Below, one piece after another: positions 27,416 through 40,934 of a stretch of DNA of 64,000 nucleotides. The stretch comes from the human T2T-CHM13v2.0 reference genome, Homo sapiens. The notes below the pieces were generated by a model that did no database searches, was not told the origin of the DNA, and worked only from the letters and a program-made list of their open reading frames with translations. The DNA is taken from the NCBI RefSeq assembly GCF_009914755.1, contig NC_060925.1; one strand, given 5' to 3'. The position numbers and the translations under genes were made by a program. Position 1 is the stretch's first letter. The number at the start of each line of letters is the position of its first letter.

Positions 27416-29079
27416 CAGAATGCTGTTCACCTGTAAATAAAAGGGCTAGTGTTTATGCAATAAGGAAAGATCTCTAAGAAATATTGTTCAGTGAAAAAGC
27501 AACCATTTGAATTTAAAAAAAAAAAAGGAGAATAGATATTTGTATGGCTTGAATATTCATTTAAAACCTCTAGAAGGATAAACAAGAAAACTAAAAACAG
27601 TGGTTTCCTGTTAGTAGGATGGGAAGAGGGCAAATGGTTAAATGCATTATGTTGTCAAAAAGAAGTATATAATTTAAAAAAAACAGCAACAACTAGAAAG
27701 AGTGGGGGCAGTTCCAAAAAAATAAGAACCAAGAGCATCAGTATGACCATCCAGGGTGTTCTCTGATGAGCTCAGTTTTTAAAAGCATGTATAGAAAATG
27801 GACAGAGAGGCACATACCCAAGGCTGAATGCCAAATAAGGTCAAGAGCAGCCTCCAGATGAAATAAGCCTTGAACAATGTCAAGGGCAAGGACATTTTTT
27901 TTCAGTCATTGTGAGGGAGTATATAACAAGGAAGGTCAATGTCACTGTGAGGGGTAGAGTGAGATGGCAGGATGCTAGCTGGTGACAGACAGAAAGGAGA
28001 ACCACTTCCCTATTATGACCCTACTGCCTCTCACATGGGGATCCTTTAAGTCCTGCTTGTACTTGGGACTCTGAACTTCATCCATGTCCAAAACCAGGCA
28101 AAGGCTGCCCTCCCATGTGGGAAAAATTATTCTCTCGCTTGTGACTCTCTGGATTCATTGACTTCCATGAAGACTGGCCTTGGTTTTCCTTTGGCTTAAT
28201 GATCTAAGAGTGCCATATTTGGCTTGTCTGTGGGCTGGTTCATTTTTTTATGCCTTTGGCTTCTTCAAAACTTCCCTATGCACTGGCTTTCTATATCCTT
28301 AGTAGTGTTCACACTCTTCTCTATTCTCAAAACCCAACCCATCTGGAACTCATTTCAGCCTCAAGCAGTTACATCAGACCTAACAAGTCAACCAAGAAGG
28401 CTCCCACCAGGCATTGGGCCTCTTCTTTCCAGAGGTCACCAATGGTGCAGATGTGGGTTTTACTTTTTTGGTGTCAAACCATCAGAGAGAAATGTCACCA
28501 TCTTCTCCCATCCAAGAATAATAATCTTTAAATAGGGTAAGGACAATGAAGCACAAACGTTATGAAGAAGGAGGTAAAATCTAAGAAAGGAGACAAGATA
28601 TAAACACACTTAGCCACTTTAAAAAATCTTCAAGTCTTTAGGCCCAAGTTAATTCTATCCCAGGGTAATAAAAAGGCTTGCAAACAGGATTGTAAAAGAT
28701 ACTATAAAGAAAAGGAATTATTTTGGAAGATCATTTCTCAGTTTTCTAAATGGTGAGAAAAAATTCTCTTAACCAAACAGGCATACCACTCACTCACTGT
28801 AAAGTTCACGAATAAATTATTAACCAGTTTGTAAGCACTTAATAAACAAAGGTGTTGCTAGAAGCAAGCATAATTTCTTTATAAAAATATGCCAAATCAG
28901 CTGAGAAATCTTTGTCAACATGTTTTAGTTCATCATTGCCAATCTGGAGGGAGACATCCAGATGTTCACCACTGATCCTGACTTATTTAGTACTTTTGTT
29001 AGTAACTAAGTTGTACAGATATGACCAAGGTCTTTGTTATTACAAGATAATTTGTTTTGCGTAATTTATTTTTAAATGT

Positions 29080-30175
29080 CATTGTTAATTAAAAATGTCT
29101 GCTCTGTGAAAGAGATTGTTAAGAACATCAAAAAATTAGCCACCAACTGGGAGAAAATATTTACAAAACATCTGATGAAAGACTGATATCTAAAACGTAC
29201 AAAGAACCCTTAAAACTAAACTACATGAAAACCCAACTCAAAAGTAGGCAAAAGATCAAAAAAGATACCTCACCAAAGATGATATACAGACAGCAAATTA
29301 GTATATGAAAAAATAATGTCATGTCATCAGAGAATTGCAGTTTAAAACAACAATGAGATACCACTACACACCTATTAAAATAGCCAAGATCTAGAACACT
29401 GACAACACCAAATATTGCTGAGAATGTGGAGCAATAGGAACTCTTCTTATTCATTGCTGGGGAAATGCAAAATAGCACAGCCACTTTAGAAAACAGCTTG
29501 GTGTTTTCTTACAGAACTAAACATACCTGTATAAAAGATCCAGCAATTGTGCTTTTTGGTGTTTACCCAAATGAGCTGAAAACTTATATCCACACAAAAA
29601 CCTGCACACAGATGTTTATAGCAGCTTTATTCATAATTGCCAAAAATTGGAAGAACCAAGATGTCCCTTGGAAGACATTGAACAACCTTAAATGCATATT
29701 ACTAAGTGAAAGAAGCCAGTCTGAAAAGGCTATAGACTGTTTGATTCCAGCTATGTAACATTCTGGAAAAGGCAAAATTATAAAGACAATAAAAATCAGT
29801 GATGATTTGAACCCTGGAAGGGTTGGGGATGAAGGGATGAATCAGTGGAGCTTGGGGGATTAAAACACTTAGAGCAGTGAAATAATTCTGTATGATACTG
29901 TAATGGTAGATACATAACATTATGCATTTATTTAAAACAAAAACAAACCAAAAACCCTACAAATCCAAAACTGTACAACACAAAGAGTAAGCCCTAATTT
30001 AAACTACAGGCTTTAGTTAATAATAAAAAATCATGACTGGTTCATCAATCGTAACAAATGTACATCAATGCAAGATATTAATAATGGGGAGGAGGGAGTA
30101 TATGAGAACTCCCTCTAGTTTCTGCTCATTTTTTCTGTAAACCTAAAACTGCTCTGAAAAATAAAGTCTATTCAT
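29080..30175 (+). mobile_element. L1MC-type LINE-1 3' end
   Basis: ORF2 remnant (GVYPNELKTYIHTKTCTQMFIAALFIIAKNWK) followed by a 3'UTR ending aaacctaaaactgctctgaaaaataaagtcta. Confidence 0.85.
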
Positions 30176-30358
30176 AATTTTAATGTCATAAGAGTGGAAA
30201 AAACATTTGATTGGAACTTTTGAAAAATGAATCTAAAAATGGTGAAAAGCATTTTCAAAATATAGTTTACCAATGCAATGATGAATTATTAGAATTAATA
30301 AAAAGTGAATTAAGTAAATTTTGGGAGTGATGGAAATATTCTATATCTTGACTGTGGC

Positions 30359-31057
30359 TGAGAAATAGAAATAAAATTCGAAGCTCCCCTGAATGATTGA
30401 ACAGACCTCCTCTTGGCCAAGAGGACCCCAGAAGAAGCTTGGAAGCTGAATTTTCAGCTATGATGGGATGGTAGGACAAACCTCCTTATATCCTCTCCTT
30501 TGCTAACTGTCGTTAGGCTCTTTTGCCTAAGGGCTTGCCAGAAACCAGCCCTTTCAAAAGACTTCATCAGTGATTTCACAGCCTCATGACTCCTCCTCTC
30601 TTTTGTGGTTTGACAAAACAACCAACCAGCATTCCTTCACTGACCACGGAGTGGTTCTGGCCAGTCTATGAATGATGTGCATGAGGGTTTTTGTATCCTC
30701 TGCTTCACCTTTTGATGTCAGAGAACCAAAAACTCCACCATCAGATTATGCTAATGCCACCATTTGTCTAACATGGGACCCACAAAGGAGCATGAAGCTC
30801 AATTGTGCATGTGCACGTTTCTCCTTTTGTAAATATTCGTGACTGCTCCTATTGCTTATTGAATATGTATATTTGGCCACCCCATCCAGCATAAATCCCT
30901 GTCTTATTCTTCTGACCCTTGAAGTGCTTGCTCCCAGCTTCCTGGCCAGAGGCTACGCTTCTCAGCCTGTCCCAGTGGCCACGCTTCAGGCTGCAACTGT
31001 TTATGAGAAAGCTCTCCTTTCTAAATTTATGAACCTTGTCACTCTTCAGTTGATACA
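30359..31057 (+). mobile_element. ERV1 solo LTR, MER50-like
   Basis: TGAGAAATAGAAATAAAATT...ctcttggccaagaggaccccaga...cttcagttgataCA; splits an L1M 3' tail that resumes at about 31058-31170. Confidence 0.7.
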
Positions 31058-31829
31058 ATAATAGTTTCATGGTAATAAAAATTTATCAAAACACATGGAT
31101 ACTTACAACTTAAAACGGGTGCATTTTATTGTATGTAAATTATACTTTAATGAGGTTAATTTTTTAAACTGAGATAAGTAGGTTGGGGATATAATTTTAT
31201 GACCAAACTATAATAGTGCAACATATTGTCTGTCACCTTATGCTTGACTTTTACTCCATGATCCTGAAGAAAATGATTTTTACATAAATATTCAAGTACT
31301 TTGTCAATTTTTCCAGTCTCCTCTAAATCCTTTAATATTCAAGTCATTCTCTTTTAAACCCTCTTTGAAGTTATTATCCTTGTTGAATTTCTCTTCTTTA
31401 GTTGTTAATTCTCCTAAATCTGCTGTTTCTAGTTGGTCAGTGGTTTTTTTGTATGATTTGAGTTGTTCTCTTAACATCACTGCCATAGATTACTGATTTG
31501 ATTTTGTCTTTTTAAGATTTGCCATTTGCTTTGTAACAAATTGCCATGTATTTGCACACAGCAAAAGAAGATGGACAAGGATTTGAATCAAAGGATGGAC
31601 ATAGATGCCAGTGTTGAAAAGGGAAAGATATTTGAGTTGGAAGTACTTCTATATTGCATTATAGCTGGTTCATTAGGGAATAATTTTATGTTAGGGTGAA
31701 TTTTGCTTTTCTATACAACTTCGTAACTACAGAGACTGCAATAAGAAAGTTGTAAAAGTGCGTTCAAGAAAGAGGATGCATTTTAAAAATCAAATGGTTA
31801 CATAAAATCAAGCAAAACTAATAGCTAAT

Positions 31830-33260
31830 ACAGTGGATGGCCGTATTGAGATTTAAAAACATATTGACAAGGTTGAAATGATCAGCCTAAGCCAGGAAGG
31901 GGAGATTTAACAAGCATTCCTTTTATAGGTAATTGCATTTGATAGGTATATGCATTACCTATTTAAGTATAAATGTCCAGTGTAGGTTGGACCTGTGGCT
32001 TGTCTGTAGTGCTTACAGGAAACCCTTGGTTTTGTAATCACCTGACAGTGTAATCGCCTGCAGTTCTTGCCCACTGTACAGATAAAGCCAATTCACTGAG
32101 ATGGTGGTATTGCAGTAGAGAAAGTGTTTAATAATCATATGGTTCACCAAGTGGAAGAAGGGGAGTTAATTACTCAAGTCAGCCTCCCCGAAAGCTTGGA
32201 GGCTATCTTCAAGAATAGTTTGGTGGGCAAGGGTTTAGGGAATGGGGAATGCTGATTTGTTGAGTTAAGGATGAAATCATAATGGGGGGTCAAAGCTGTC
32301 TTCTTGCACTGAGTCAGTTCCTGGGCGGGAGTTCACAGGACTGGTTGAATTAGTTCCTCAATATGAGTCACAGGTCCAGGTGGACTCCCTCAGTGAACAA
32401 ATTGGAAAAGTCTGAAAAATACCTCAAACACCAATCTTAGGTTTTACGATAATGATATTACCTGTGGGAGCAATTAGAGAAGTTACAAATATTGTGACTA
32501 TCCCTACATGACTCCTGAGCAGTAAACAATGACTAGTTATCATTTAACTATGCCTAGGTCTTAGTGGAATTCAGGCCCCTCCCATAATTCTAATCTTGTG
32601 ACCTTTCATTAGTTTTACAAAGGCAGTTCCATCCTGAACAAGGAGCGAATAGTTTTGGAAAGAGGCTATTATCATCCTTGCTTTAAGGTTAAACTATAAA
32701 CTAAATTCTTCCCATAGCTATCTTGGCCTATGCCCAGGAATGAGCAAGAGGTTGTGAGGTTAGAAGCAAGATGGAGTCAGCTATGTCAGATTTCTCTCAG
32801 ATTTCTCTTACTGTCCTAGTTTTGCAAAGGCATTTCAGTTTCAGATCATGTCTGGGTCAGTACAAGCCAACAGTATCAGATAACAACAAAAGAAGCTAAT
32901 GTCATTCTGTCTGGGTTAATTAAGGTACACCATCCAACTAGTGGAAATAAAAGTCATGCTGTGTTCTACACTGATGCAAACACTTGGAATAGTATGTCCT
33001 GTTCTGAGCTCCACCCTCTTAGAAAGGTGTTGATAAGTTATTGAATCCAGAGGAAGGTATATGGGGTATTCGGGGAAAGGGGAGAGTAAAAACCACTTCT
33101 TATGAAGAATGGTTGAGAGCAGTGGGAATATTAATCCTGGATGAAGTAAGACTTTGGGAGAGCCTAATAGCTGTCTTCAGACCTTCAAACCAAAAAATAG
33201 AGATCTGTAGCATTTTCCTGTTGGACAAGATGACCTCTAAAACTCCTTCTCCCTGGAAGA
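31830..33260 (+). mobile_element. L3/CR1 remnant interrupted by LTR8A
   Basis: CR1-like text cacttggaatagtatgtcctgttctgagc...tatgaagaatggttgagagcagtggga...atagctgtcttca. Confidence 0.55.
32033..32837 (-). mobile_element. LTR8A-like ERV1 solo LTR
   Basis: TG...CA ends; agcaagatggagtcagctatgtcagatttctc...ttttgcaaaggcatttca; 4-bp TSD gttt (32029-32032, 32838-32841). Confidence 0.85.
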
Positions 33261-33560
33261 TTCTTATTCCTATTGTGTTAAATCTTCACTTTAAAAGACC
33301 TTCTATTCGTACATTCTACTTCTTCCTCCAGTACATTGCATAAGCCTTAAACGAAAACCTATCACTATCATTTGACAGCAAGCTAACAGCTTCCCACCTC
33401 CCATTAGCTAATTGAAATCAACAATAATAAGAAAGAAATAGGGTTTTTATTCAATCCAGACGGCCACACACATAACTGAGCTGCTAAGTAGAAAGTTCCA
33501 GGATGCTTCTCCAGATGCAGCCTGAGGGGTCCTCCAGTTCCTCTGGGGCAGGGTTGCTCA

Positions 33561-33949
<389 letters not shown>

Positions 33950-35188
33950 TCACAGCTTCAATATAATAAAATCAAATTCATTCAGACCCCTTTCATTAAG
34001 AGTTAATTTTGATAGAGATTAAACTGCCCCTCGTAGTTTTCTGAGCTACTCCTGAACAAGAAGTTTGCTAAGCAAATGGATAGGGTAGGACAGGTGGGGA
34101 AAGGGTGTTTAACTTCTACGGCAAAAAAAATGAATAGGTTTTTAAATCTTTTGAAGCTTCCATCTACTTGAAATCAGTTGGCATGATAAGTGAATATTCT
34201 CTTTTCTGTACATCACACTCCTTAGTACTGGTTACTATGTCTCAAAACAGTTTTCAGGGTTTAGTGTGTAGAAGAATCACCCAGGAAGCTGGTTAAATGC
34301 TGATCCCAAGGCTCAGCCTCTAGACATTCTGCACTTCGTGAAAGGCTGCCATATGGACCCAAAAGCAAAAATATGCCCTTCTCTTCTACTTCATTATGTT
34401 CTCACTTAAAAAAAAGAGAAAAAACTACTTGTTTAGACCAAAGAAGTGAAATTTCACATTGTAGTTCAGAAAAGAATTCAGCGATGGCCATCTGGAATTA
34501 AGGCAGAAGTCACCTGGGGAGCTTGGGGTTTCTCTATATGAGTTCTGCTCAGGATCCCAGAGAGCCCTCTGGACGGAGATCATGGTCTTCCATACTGGGT
34601 CCTCCTTCTTTGAGTTTTGAACGGTAAGACTAGCCTAGGCTGAGGGGTAACATTCTGGGGTCAGGACTTGGGATATGAAATTCAGTTATCTTAATACTAT
34701 GGACAGCCTGCTTAACTTTGCAGAGCCTCATCTTTTTCATCTATAGAAGGGGGATAACAAACGATCTTAATGTAGTCAGGTTAGTATGAGGCTCAGGTGA
34801 GTCATTTCCTGATTAAGCACATGGCACCGGGAGAAACTCCGCATACATAAGTGCCTCACGTCTCCCTCCATTTCCTCCACCAAAGTTACCCAACAGCAAG
34901 AACAAGACACTTTACTGCACGGACTTCCTGTGTTCGCCTCCCTCGATTGTAACCTCCAAGTATACACAGAGTTCCCATGAGAGGGAAATAGTTAAACATC
35001 AAAACAGGTATGAGCAACTTATGTTTTCTGCTTCACATGAAGCCAAACCTAGAAAAATGGAAGAGTTTAAGGACCGAAATTCTTTTTCCCTTAAAAATGA
35101 AAATAATTGTATTAAGTAAAATTTTGGCTAACACAATGCTAAGTGGGGCTTGTTGGTGGCAACCCATCCAGGCTACCTCCCGAGAAAG

Positions 35189-35811
35189 TGTTACCAGAAA
35201 GGAGTCCTGATCCAGACCCCAAGAAAGGGTTCTTGGATCTCATGCAAGAAAGAATTAGAGGTGAGTTTACAGAATAAAGTGAAAGCAAGTTTATTAAGAA
35301 AGCAAAGGAATAAAAGAACGGCCACTCCATAGGCAGAGAAGCCCTAAGGGCTGCTGGTTGTTTCTTGATCATATGGTAAACAAGGGGTGGTTTATTTGAG
35401 TTTTCTGGGAAAGGGGCAGGGAATTCCTGGAACTGAGGGAATTCCTGGATCTATAACTGATATAGTTATCCTATATCCATATAGAATAACTTCTGGATGT
35501 TGCCGTGGCATTTGTAAATGGTAATGGTGCTGGTGGGAGTGTCTTTTGGCATGCTAATGACTTATAATTAGTGTATAATGAGCAGTGAGGATGATCAGCT
35601 GTCACTTTTGTCACCATCTTGGTTTTGGCGGGTTTTGGCCGGCTTCTTTATTACATCCTGTTTTATCAGCAGGGTCTTTGTGACCTGTATCTTGTGCCTA
35701 TCTCATCCTGTGACTAAGAATGCCTAACCTCCTGGGGATGCAGCCCAGCAGGTCTCATTTTACCCACACTCTATTCAAAATGGAGTCACTCTTGTTCAAA
35801 TGCCTCTGACA
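35189..35811 (-). mobile_element. MER41B-like ERV1 solo LTR
   Basis: TGttaccagaaagg...ccagaccccaagaaagggttcttggatctc...atggagtcactcttgttcaaatgcctctgaCA; 4-bp TSD aaag (35185-35188, 35812-35815). Confidence 0.9.
35403..35432. promoter_or_regulatory. Tandem GAS (STAT1-type TTCN3GAA) motifs in MER41B
   Basis: TTCTGGGAA at 35403-35411 and TTCCTGGAA at 35424-35432. Confidence 0.65.
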
Positions 35812-36319
35812 AAAGCGGTGTGACAAGCCTGGGATTCCCATAGTGATCATGCTGGTAGGAGTGAGGTGTTATTATTTAGAAACACTATTGCACCCGCTAA
35901 GGATATGCATGGATAAGGTGAGTGAGAAAAATGAAAGGGCTTAACTAGTGTCGTACAGCCAGTGAACAGCAGGGCAGAGACTCAAACTTGGGTTTGCAGA
36001 TGAGAAATCCTTCACCTTTCTATCTCCACAGTATTGACATCTCCCCAGCCTCTAAGGCTCACCCCAGGACAGTTGCCTGGTTGGGTGGGAAGCTGTTGGT
36101 GTTCATCTCAACAAATATTTACTGAGCACTTACAATGTGCCATGCTCCATATTAAATGCTGGAGGGTAAAGTGATGACTAAGAAAACCTCAACTTTCAAG
36201 GCATTCTATAATGTGCTACAAAGGGGAGGGAGTTACTTTAGGAAAGGGAGAAAGAGTGTGAAGCAATGTGCTAGTAATTATCAGTGAGAAGGATAACGTT
36301 GGACTAGCAGGGGGAGAGC

Positions 36320-36530
36320 CCTGCTGTGGCACTGACTTGCTTGCTGTGCATTTAGGCGAGATATTTCTTCTTGTGAGCCTCTGTTTTCTCACCTGTGAGA
36401 TAGGGTTAATAGACTGATGTAACAAGCTTGTTTGATATGACTATAAGAAATACTTTGAGAATACATGCATTAATGAAAGCCCTCTCCAGTGCCTGGCATG
36501 TGGTTGGCACTCAGGAATGGTGGTGTCTGT
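36320..36530 (+). mobile_element. MIR
   Basis: gagcctctgttttctcacctgtgagataggg...agtgcctggcatgtggttggcactcagga. Confidence 0.6.
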
Positions 36531-37578
36531 CCTGGGAGTGGTGGTTGCAGTGGCTGCTTTAGGATCTGGCTCTTCTTACAGGAGAAAGAAACAGTTCCAC
36601 TTCCTTCTAGGTAAGCTGTTTTTATTAGTCCCTTCCTGGTCCTCCGGAGGGCCGCTGGCATTTGACTTTGGCAGAATTAGGACCTGAGTATGCCAAATGA
36701 AGCCTCTCTGGTGCCCATACTATCAGCCTGGATCCTGCAGGTAAGCTGCAAGCTGCAACAGCTTCAGGCACTGGTACAGAATGCGGTTCCGGTTGTGGTC
36801 TGAGGGCAGGTGGTGAGACCCTCTGCACCACCAAGTCACAGGCTCTGTTCCCCACTTCTCCTTTCCAGCCCCAAGGTGCGGGTTATTGGAATTCAGCTAG
36901 CTTTGGGAAAACAGGACTGTTTGTATTCTAACACAGAGCTGAGTCTCTATTAGGCAAACAGCCCTTTGACTAATGGACTTGGCCTTGGAACAAGAGCAAG
37001 CTGCTTACATTCCCAGGTTGCCACAGTTCTGGGCTACAGTTTGTATCCGGAGCAGATATGCCAGTGATCATGTGGCTTTGCATATGGGTACCCTGCTGAT
37101 GGGATCACACACATAAGTCACATACAAGACTGCTGGTGAAAAAAAAGGAGTTGCTATGTACCTCAGATGACTGATCCTGCTAATCCTGGTCTGGGTGCTA
37201 CCTGCAGGGGCCAAAACTGAGAAGCTCTGTTTGAGAAAGGGAGAGACTAACAGAAGCATGATGAGAAAAATCTGGGAGTTGGGGACTAGGAGTTAAGGCA
37301 TATTTAGGTTCTATTTAGGATGGGGAACTTAAAAGAGATATGAATTTTAAAAGAACAAAAATTTTAAAGAGAGCTAAAAGAATGTTAAAGGAGTACAGGA
37401 ATTTCTGATGAGAATTTTAACTCTTATTAAAATTATTATTTAGTATGCAAAATAAACCCTCTGTTCCACCTCCCTTGTGAAATCTTAGGTAAAATTCATC
37501 TTGCTTGCGTCTATATTTATGGGCTTTGTTGACTCGGGAGAGTATGCAACAGCATTTTGAGCCTTGATTTAAGGCTGG

Positions 37579-37740
37579 GAGGTTCTCAAAATGTGATCCC
37601 TGGAGCAAGAACATGAGTACCACCCAGGAGCTTGCTGGAATTGTGGTCTCAGGTCCCACCCCAGACCTGAAACAGAAACTCTGGGGATGAGGCCCAATCC
37701 TCTGGGTAATTCTAATGCAGTTGAAGTTTAAGAACCACTG
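37579..37740 (+). mobile_element. MER5A
   Basis: ggttctcaaaatgtgatccc...caccccagacctgaaacagaaactctgggg...agtttaagaaccactg. Confidence 0.8.
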
Positions 37741-37885
37741 GGGCAGGGTGACATCCTAGAAGCAGCACTTAGAGACAGCCAACACTTGAGATTTACTAGT
37801 GTCACCCACGAGAAAGCTAGGACACTTGTGCTCAAGGCTGGCTGACATTAGAATCACCAGGGGAGCTTTTAAGAGTCCAGATGCT

Positions 37886-38184
37886 GGCCCGGCATGGTGG
37901 CTCACGCTTGTAATCCAGCAATTTGGGAGGCCGAGGCGGGCAGATGACCTGAGGTCAGGAGTTCGAGACCAGCCTGGCCAACATGGTGAAGCCCTGTCTC
38001 TACTAAAAATACAAAAATTAGCCAGGCATAGTGGCAGGCACCTGTAATCCCAGCTACTCAGGAGGCTGAGGCAGGAGAATCACTTGAACCCAGGAGGCAG
38101 AGGTTGCAGTGAGCCAAGATCACACCACTACACTCCAGCCTGGGCGACAGAGCAAAACTCTGTCTTAACAACAACAACAAAAAA
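37886..38184 (+). mobile_element. AluSx-like
   Basis: Full dimer with (AAC)n/A tail. Confidence 0.9.
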
Positions 38185-38594
38185 TGCCATAAATTGGGAG
38201 GAAATGTTAGCAATACAGAAATATTAGCAATACAAATAACTGAAAAGGATTAATATCCAAATACCATTCACCACACCCTGAGACTAACCCACCAGGTGTG
38301 CACAAGGAACCTTCCACTTGGTGTCTGTTCAAGGACCTCACTCCAGCAGTTGTTCCCACCTTCTGCTGGATCATGTTCATCGCTCATTATAATATGATAG
38401 CTCTAAGAATTTAAAAAGTACACCTGGCCAGGTGCCACCTTATTTATCTCTCTGAATCCAGCAAAACTTACCGGAAGAGTAGTCTGTACTCTGTCTCCCT
38501 TTCTCTCTTAAACCTACACCACTATGGATGAGCTCTTATCAGAGTCATATGTTGCCAAATCCAGTGACCATTCTTAGTTGTCATCTTACTGTTA

Positions 38595-38910
38595 ATTTTT
38601 GTTTTTATTTTTTCATCTCGTTGATAGAGGATCTTGCTCTGTTACCCATGCTGGAGTGGAGTGGCATGACCATAGCTCCATCATTACTACAGCCTCAAAC
38701 TCTGGGGCGGAAATGATCCTCCAACATCAGCTTCCTGAGTAGCTAGGACTGCAGGCACACACCATCATGCCTGCTAATTTCTAAATTTTTTGTAGAGGTG
38801 GGGTCTTTCTGTGTTGCACAGGTTGGCTTCAAACTCCTGGGCTCAAGTGATCCTCCCACATCAGCCTCCTGAGTAGCCAGGACTACAGGCATGCTCCTCC
38901 ATACCTGGCC
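38595..38910 (-). mobile_element. AluJo-like
   Basis: Highly diverged dimer, reverse complement. Confidence 0.8.
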
Positions 38911-39376
38911 AGTATTCCTTTTACCTAAGCTAACACTTGAACCCTCCTTATTGTTTACCTGGGACACTGAACTTTTTGTGTCATCTCCCTTCCTCTCTGG
39001 CTGTTCCTTCTCAGGCTGCTTTACTGGTTCCTCCGGCCTCCCTGAACTCTGAACAGTCCAGGGCCCCACGCTCAGTCCTTTGTCCTCTCCTCTGCAGTGT
39101 CTTCGCTTGCTCGCTAGGTGAGCCCCTCCTGTCTCATGTCTCCCTGATGATGACCCCCAGATGCATGCCCTCAGCCTGGACCTCTTTCATGAATTCCAAG
39201 ACCTATAACCAACAGCCTGTTCAACACCTGCCCTCGAATAGCAAGTAGACATCTCAAATATAACATGTGAAAAATCAAACCCTTCATGTTCTATTCCTCT
39301 CACAATCCTCCCCACCTTGAATTACAGCAGCACCATTCTTGCAGTTGCACAGGCCAAAAATCTCAGCATTATTTCT

Positions 39377-39531
39377 TCTTTTTTTCTTTTTCTTTTTCTT
39401 TTTGTTTTTTTTGGTAGAGATGGGGTCTTGCTATGTTACACAGGCTGGCCTCAACTCCTGGACTCAAGCGATCCTCCCGCCTCACCCTCCCTGAATGCTG
39501 GGATTATAGGTGTGAGCCACTGCATCCAGCC
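39377..39531 (-). mobile_element. FLAM
   Basis: Left monomer; TSD ctcagcattatttct (39362-39376, 39531-39545). Confidence 0.85.
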
Positions 39532-40587
39532 TCAGCATTATTTCTGATGCCTGTCTTTCCCTCATGCCCCTAGCCAAGCCAGCAGGGACCCCTTTTGACT
39601 GTACTTCCAGAACATATGTAGAAACTGACCACTTCTCACCAGCCCCACCATGTCCCCCCAAGACGAAGACATCATTCTCTCCCTTGTGTCACAAGGTTAG
39701 CCTCCCAAGCGTTCTCCATTCTTCTTTCCTTACCTCCCTGCAGTCTGTTCTCAACACAGAACAGTCCTTGAGACAGAAGCCTCCTGTCACTCCCCTACTC
39801 AAACCCCTGTAGTGCCCCCACCACATCACTCAAAATGAAAGCCAGAGTCTATGTACCCCACATGATGGAGGCCCTGATCCTTCTCCTCCCTTCTCAGCTG
39901 GGTCTCTGTCCCAGGCTCCACCCACACTCCAGCCTTTCCTCAGGTCCCCTGCCCTTTGTGTTTGCTCTTCCTCCATGGCTCTTCCCATGACGTCTGCAGG
40001 CCTCACCCTCTTACTCTGTTCAGGCCTTTGCTCAAATATCACCCCTTCAGGCTTTTCCTGACCCTACAGCTCAGCAGTCCCACTCCCTCTCTCCTGCCCA
40101 GCTCTGTTTTTCTCTACAAGGCATAGGAGCATTGACACACTATTTACTCTATATGTGTTTGTTTGCTCTCTGTACTAGGATACATGAGGAGAGGGACTTT
40201 GTTTTATTCACTGCTGTATCCCACAACCTAGAGTAGTGCCTGGTGTAGAATGAGCACTCCATTTCTCAAACAACTTAAATATTTTTTAAAGTTCTGCATA
40301 TTATAAAAAAATACAGTAGAAAATGGGCAAAAGATTTTGACCTGCATGTAGAAAAGACACAAATGGCCAACAAACATGAAAAAAAAATGCTCCACTTATT
40401 TAGTAGTCTTGGAACTCCAACTAAAACTAACAGTTTATGCCTTTTGTGCCCACCAGAATGGCAGAACTAACAAAGCAGACAGTATCAGGCGAGGTGAGGA
40501 TGTGCAAGTTCTGAACCTACATTCATTGTCAGTAGAAGGATAAATATTTACTATTCCTTTTGAAAACACTTTTACATCATATCCATA

Positions 40588-40934
40588 CAGTCTTCCATCA
40601 TGTAACATTGGGGATACATTCTGAGAAATGTATCCTTAGGGATTTCGTTGTTGTGTGAACATCATATAGTGTACTTACACAAGCCTCGACGGTATAGCCT
40701 GCTGCACACCTAGGCTATAATGGGATAGCCTAATTGTTCGTAGGCTGCAAACCTATGCAGCGTGTTACGGTACTGAATACTGTAGACAACTGTAACACAA
40801 TGGTAAGTATTTTTATATCTAGACATATCTAAACATAGAAAAGGTCCAGTAAAATATGGTATTAACATCTTATGAAACCACCGGTATATATGCAATCCAT
40901 CATTGACCAAAATGTCCATATGAAGCACATGGTT
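40588..40934. mobile_element. Tigger3a/MER7A (TcMar-Tigger) fossil
   Basis: ggggatacattctgagaaatg...cacacctaggctata...tactgaatactgtagacaactgtaacacaatggtaagta...ttgaccaaaatgt. Confidence 0.85.

Larger units (their letters stand above)
38330..40260 (+). mobile_element. L2a remnant interrupted by AluJ and FLAM
   Basis: ttgccaaatccagtgacc...gacatctcaaatataacatgt...caggccaaaaatctcagc...ttcactgctgtatcccacaacctagagtagtgcctgg. Confidence 0.75.
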
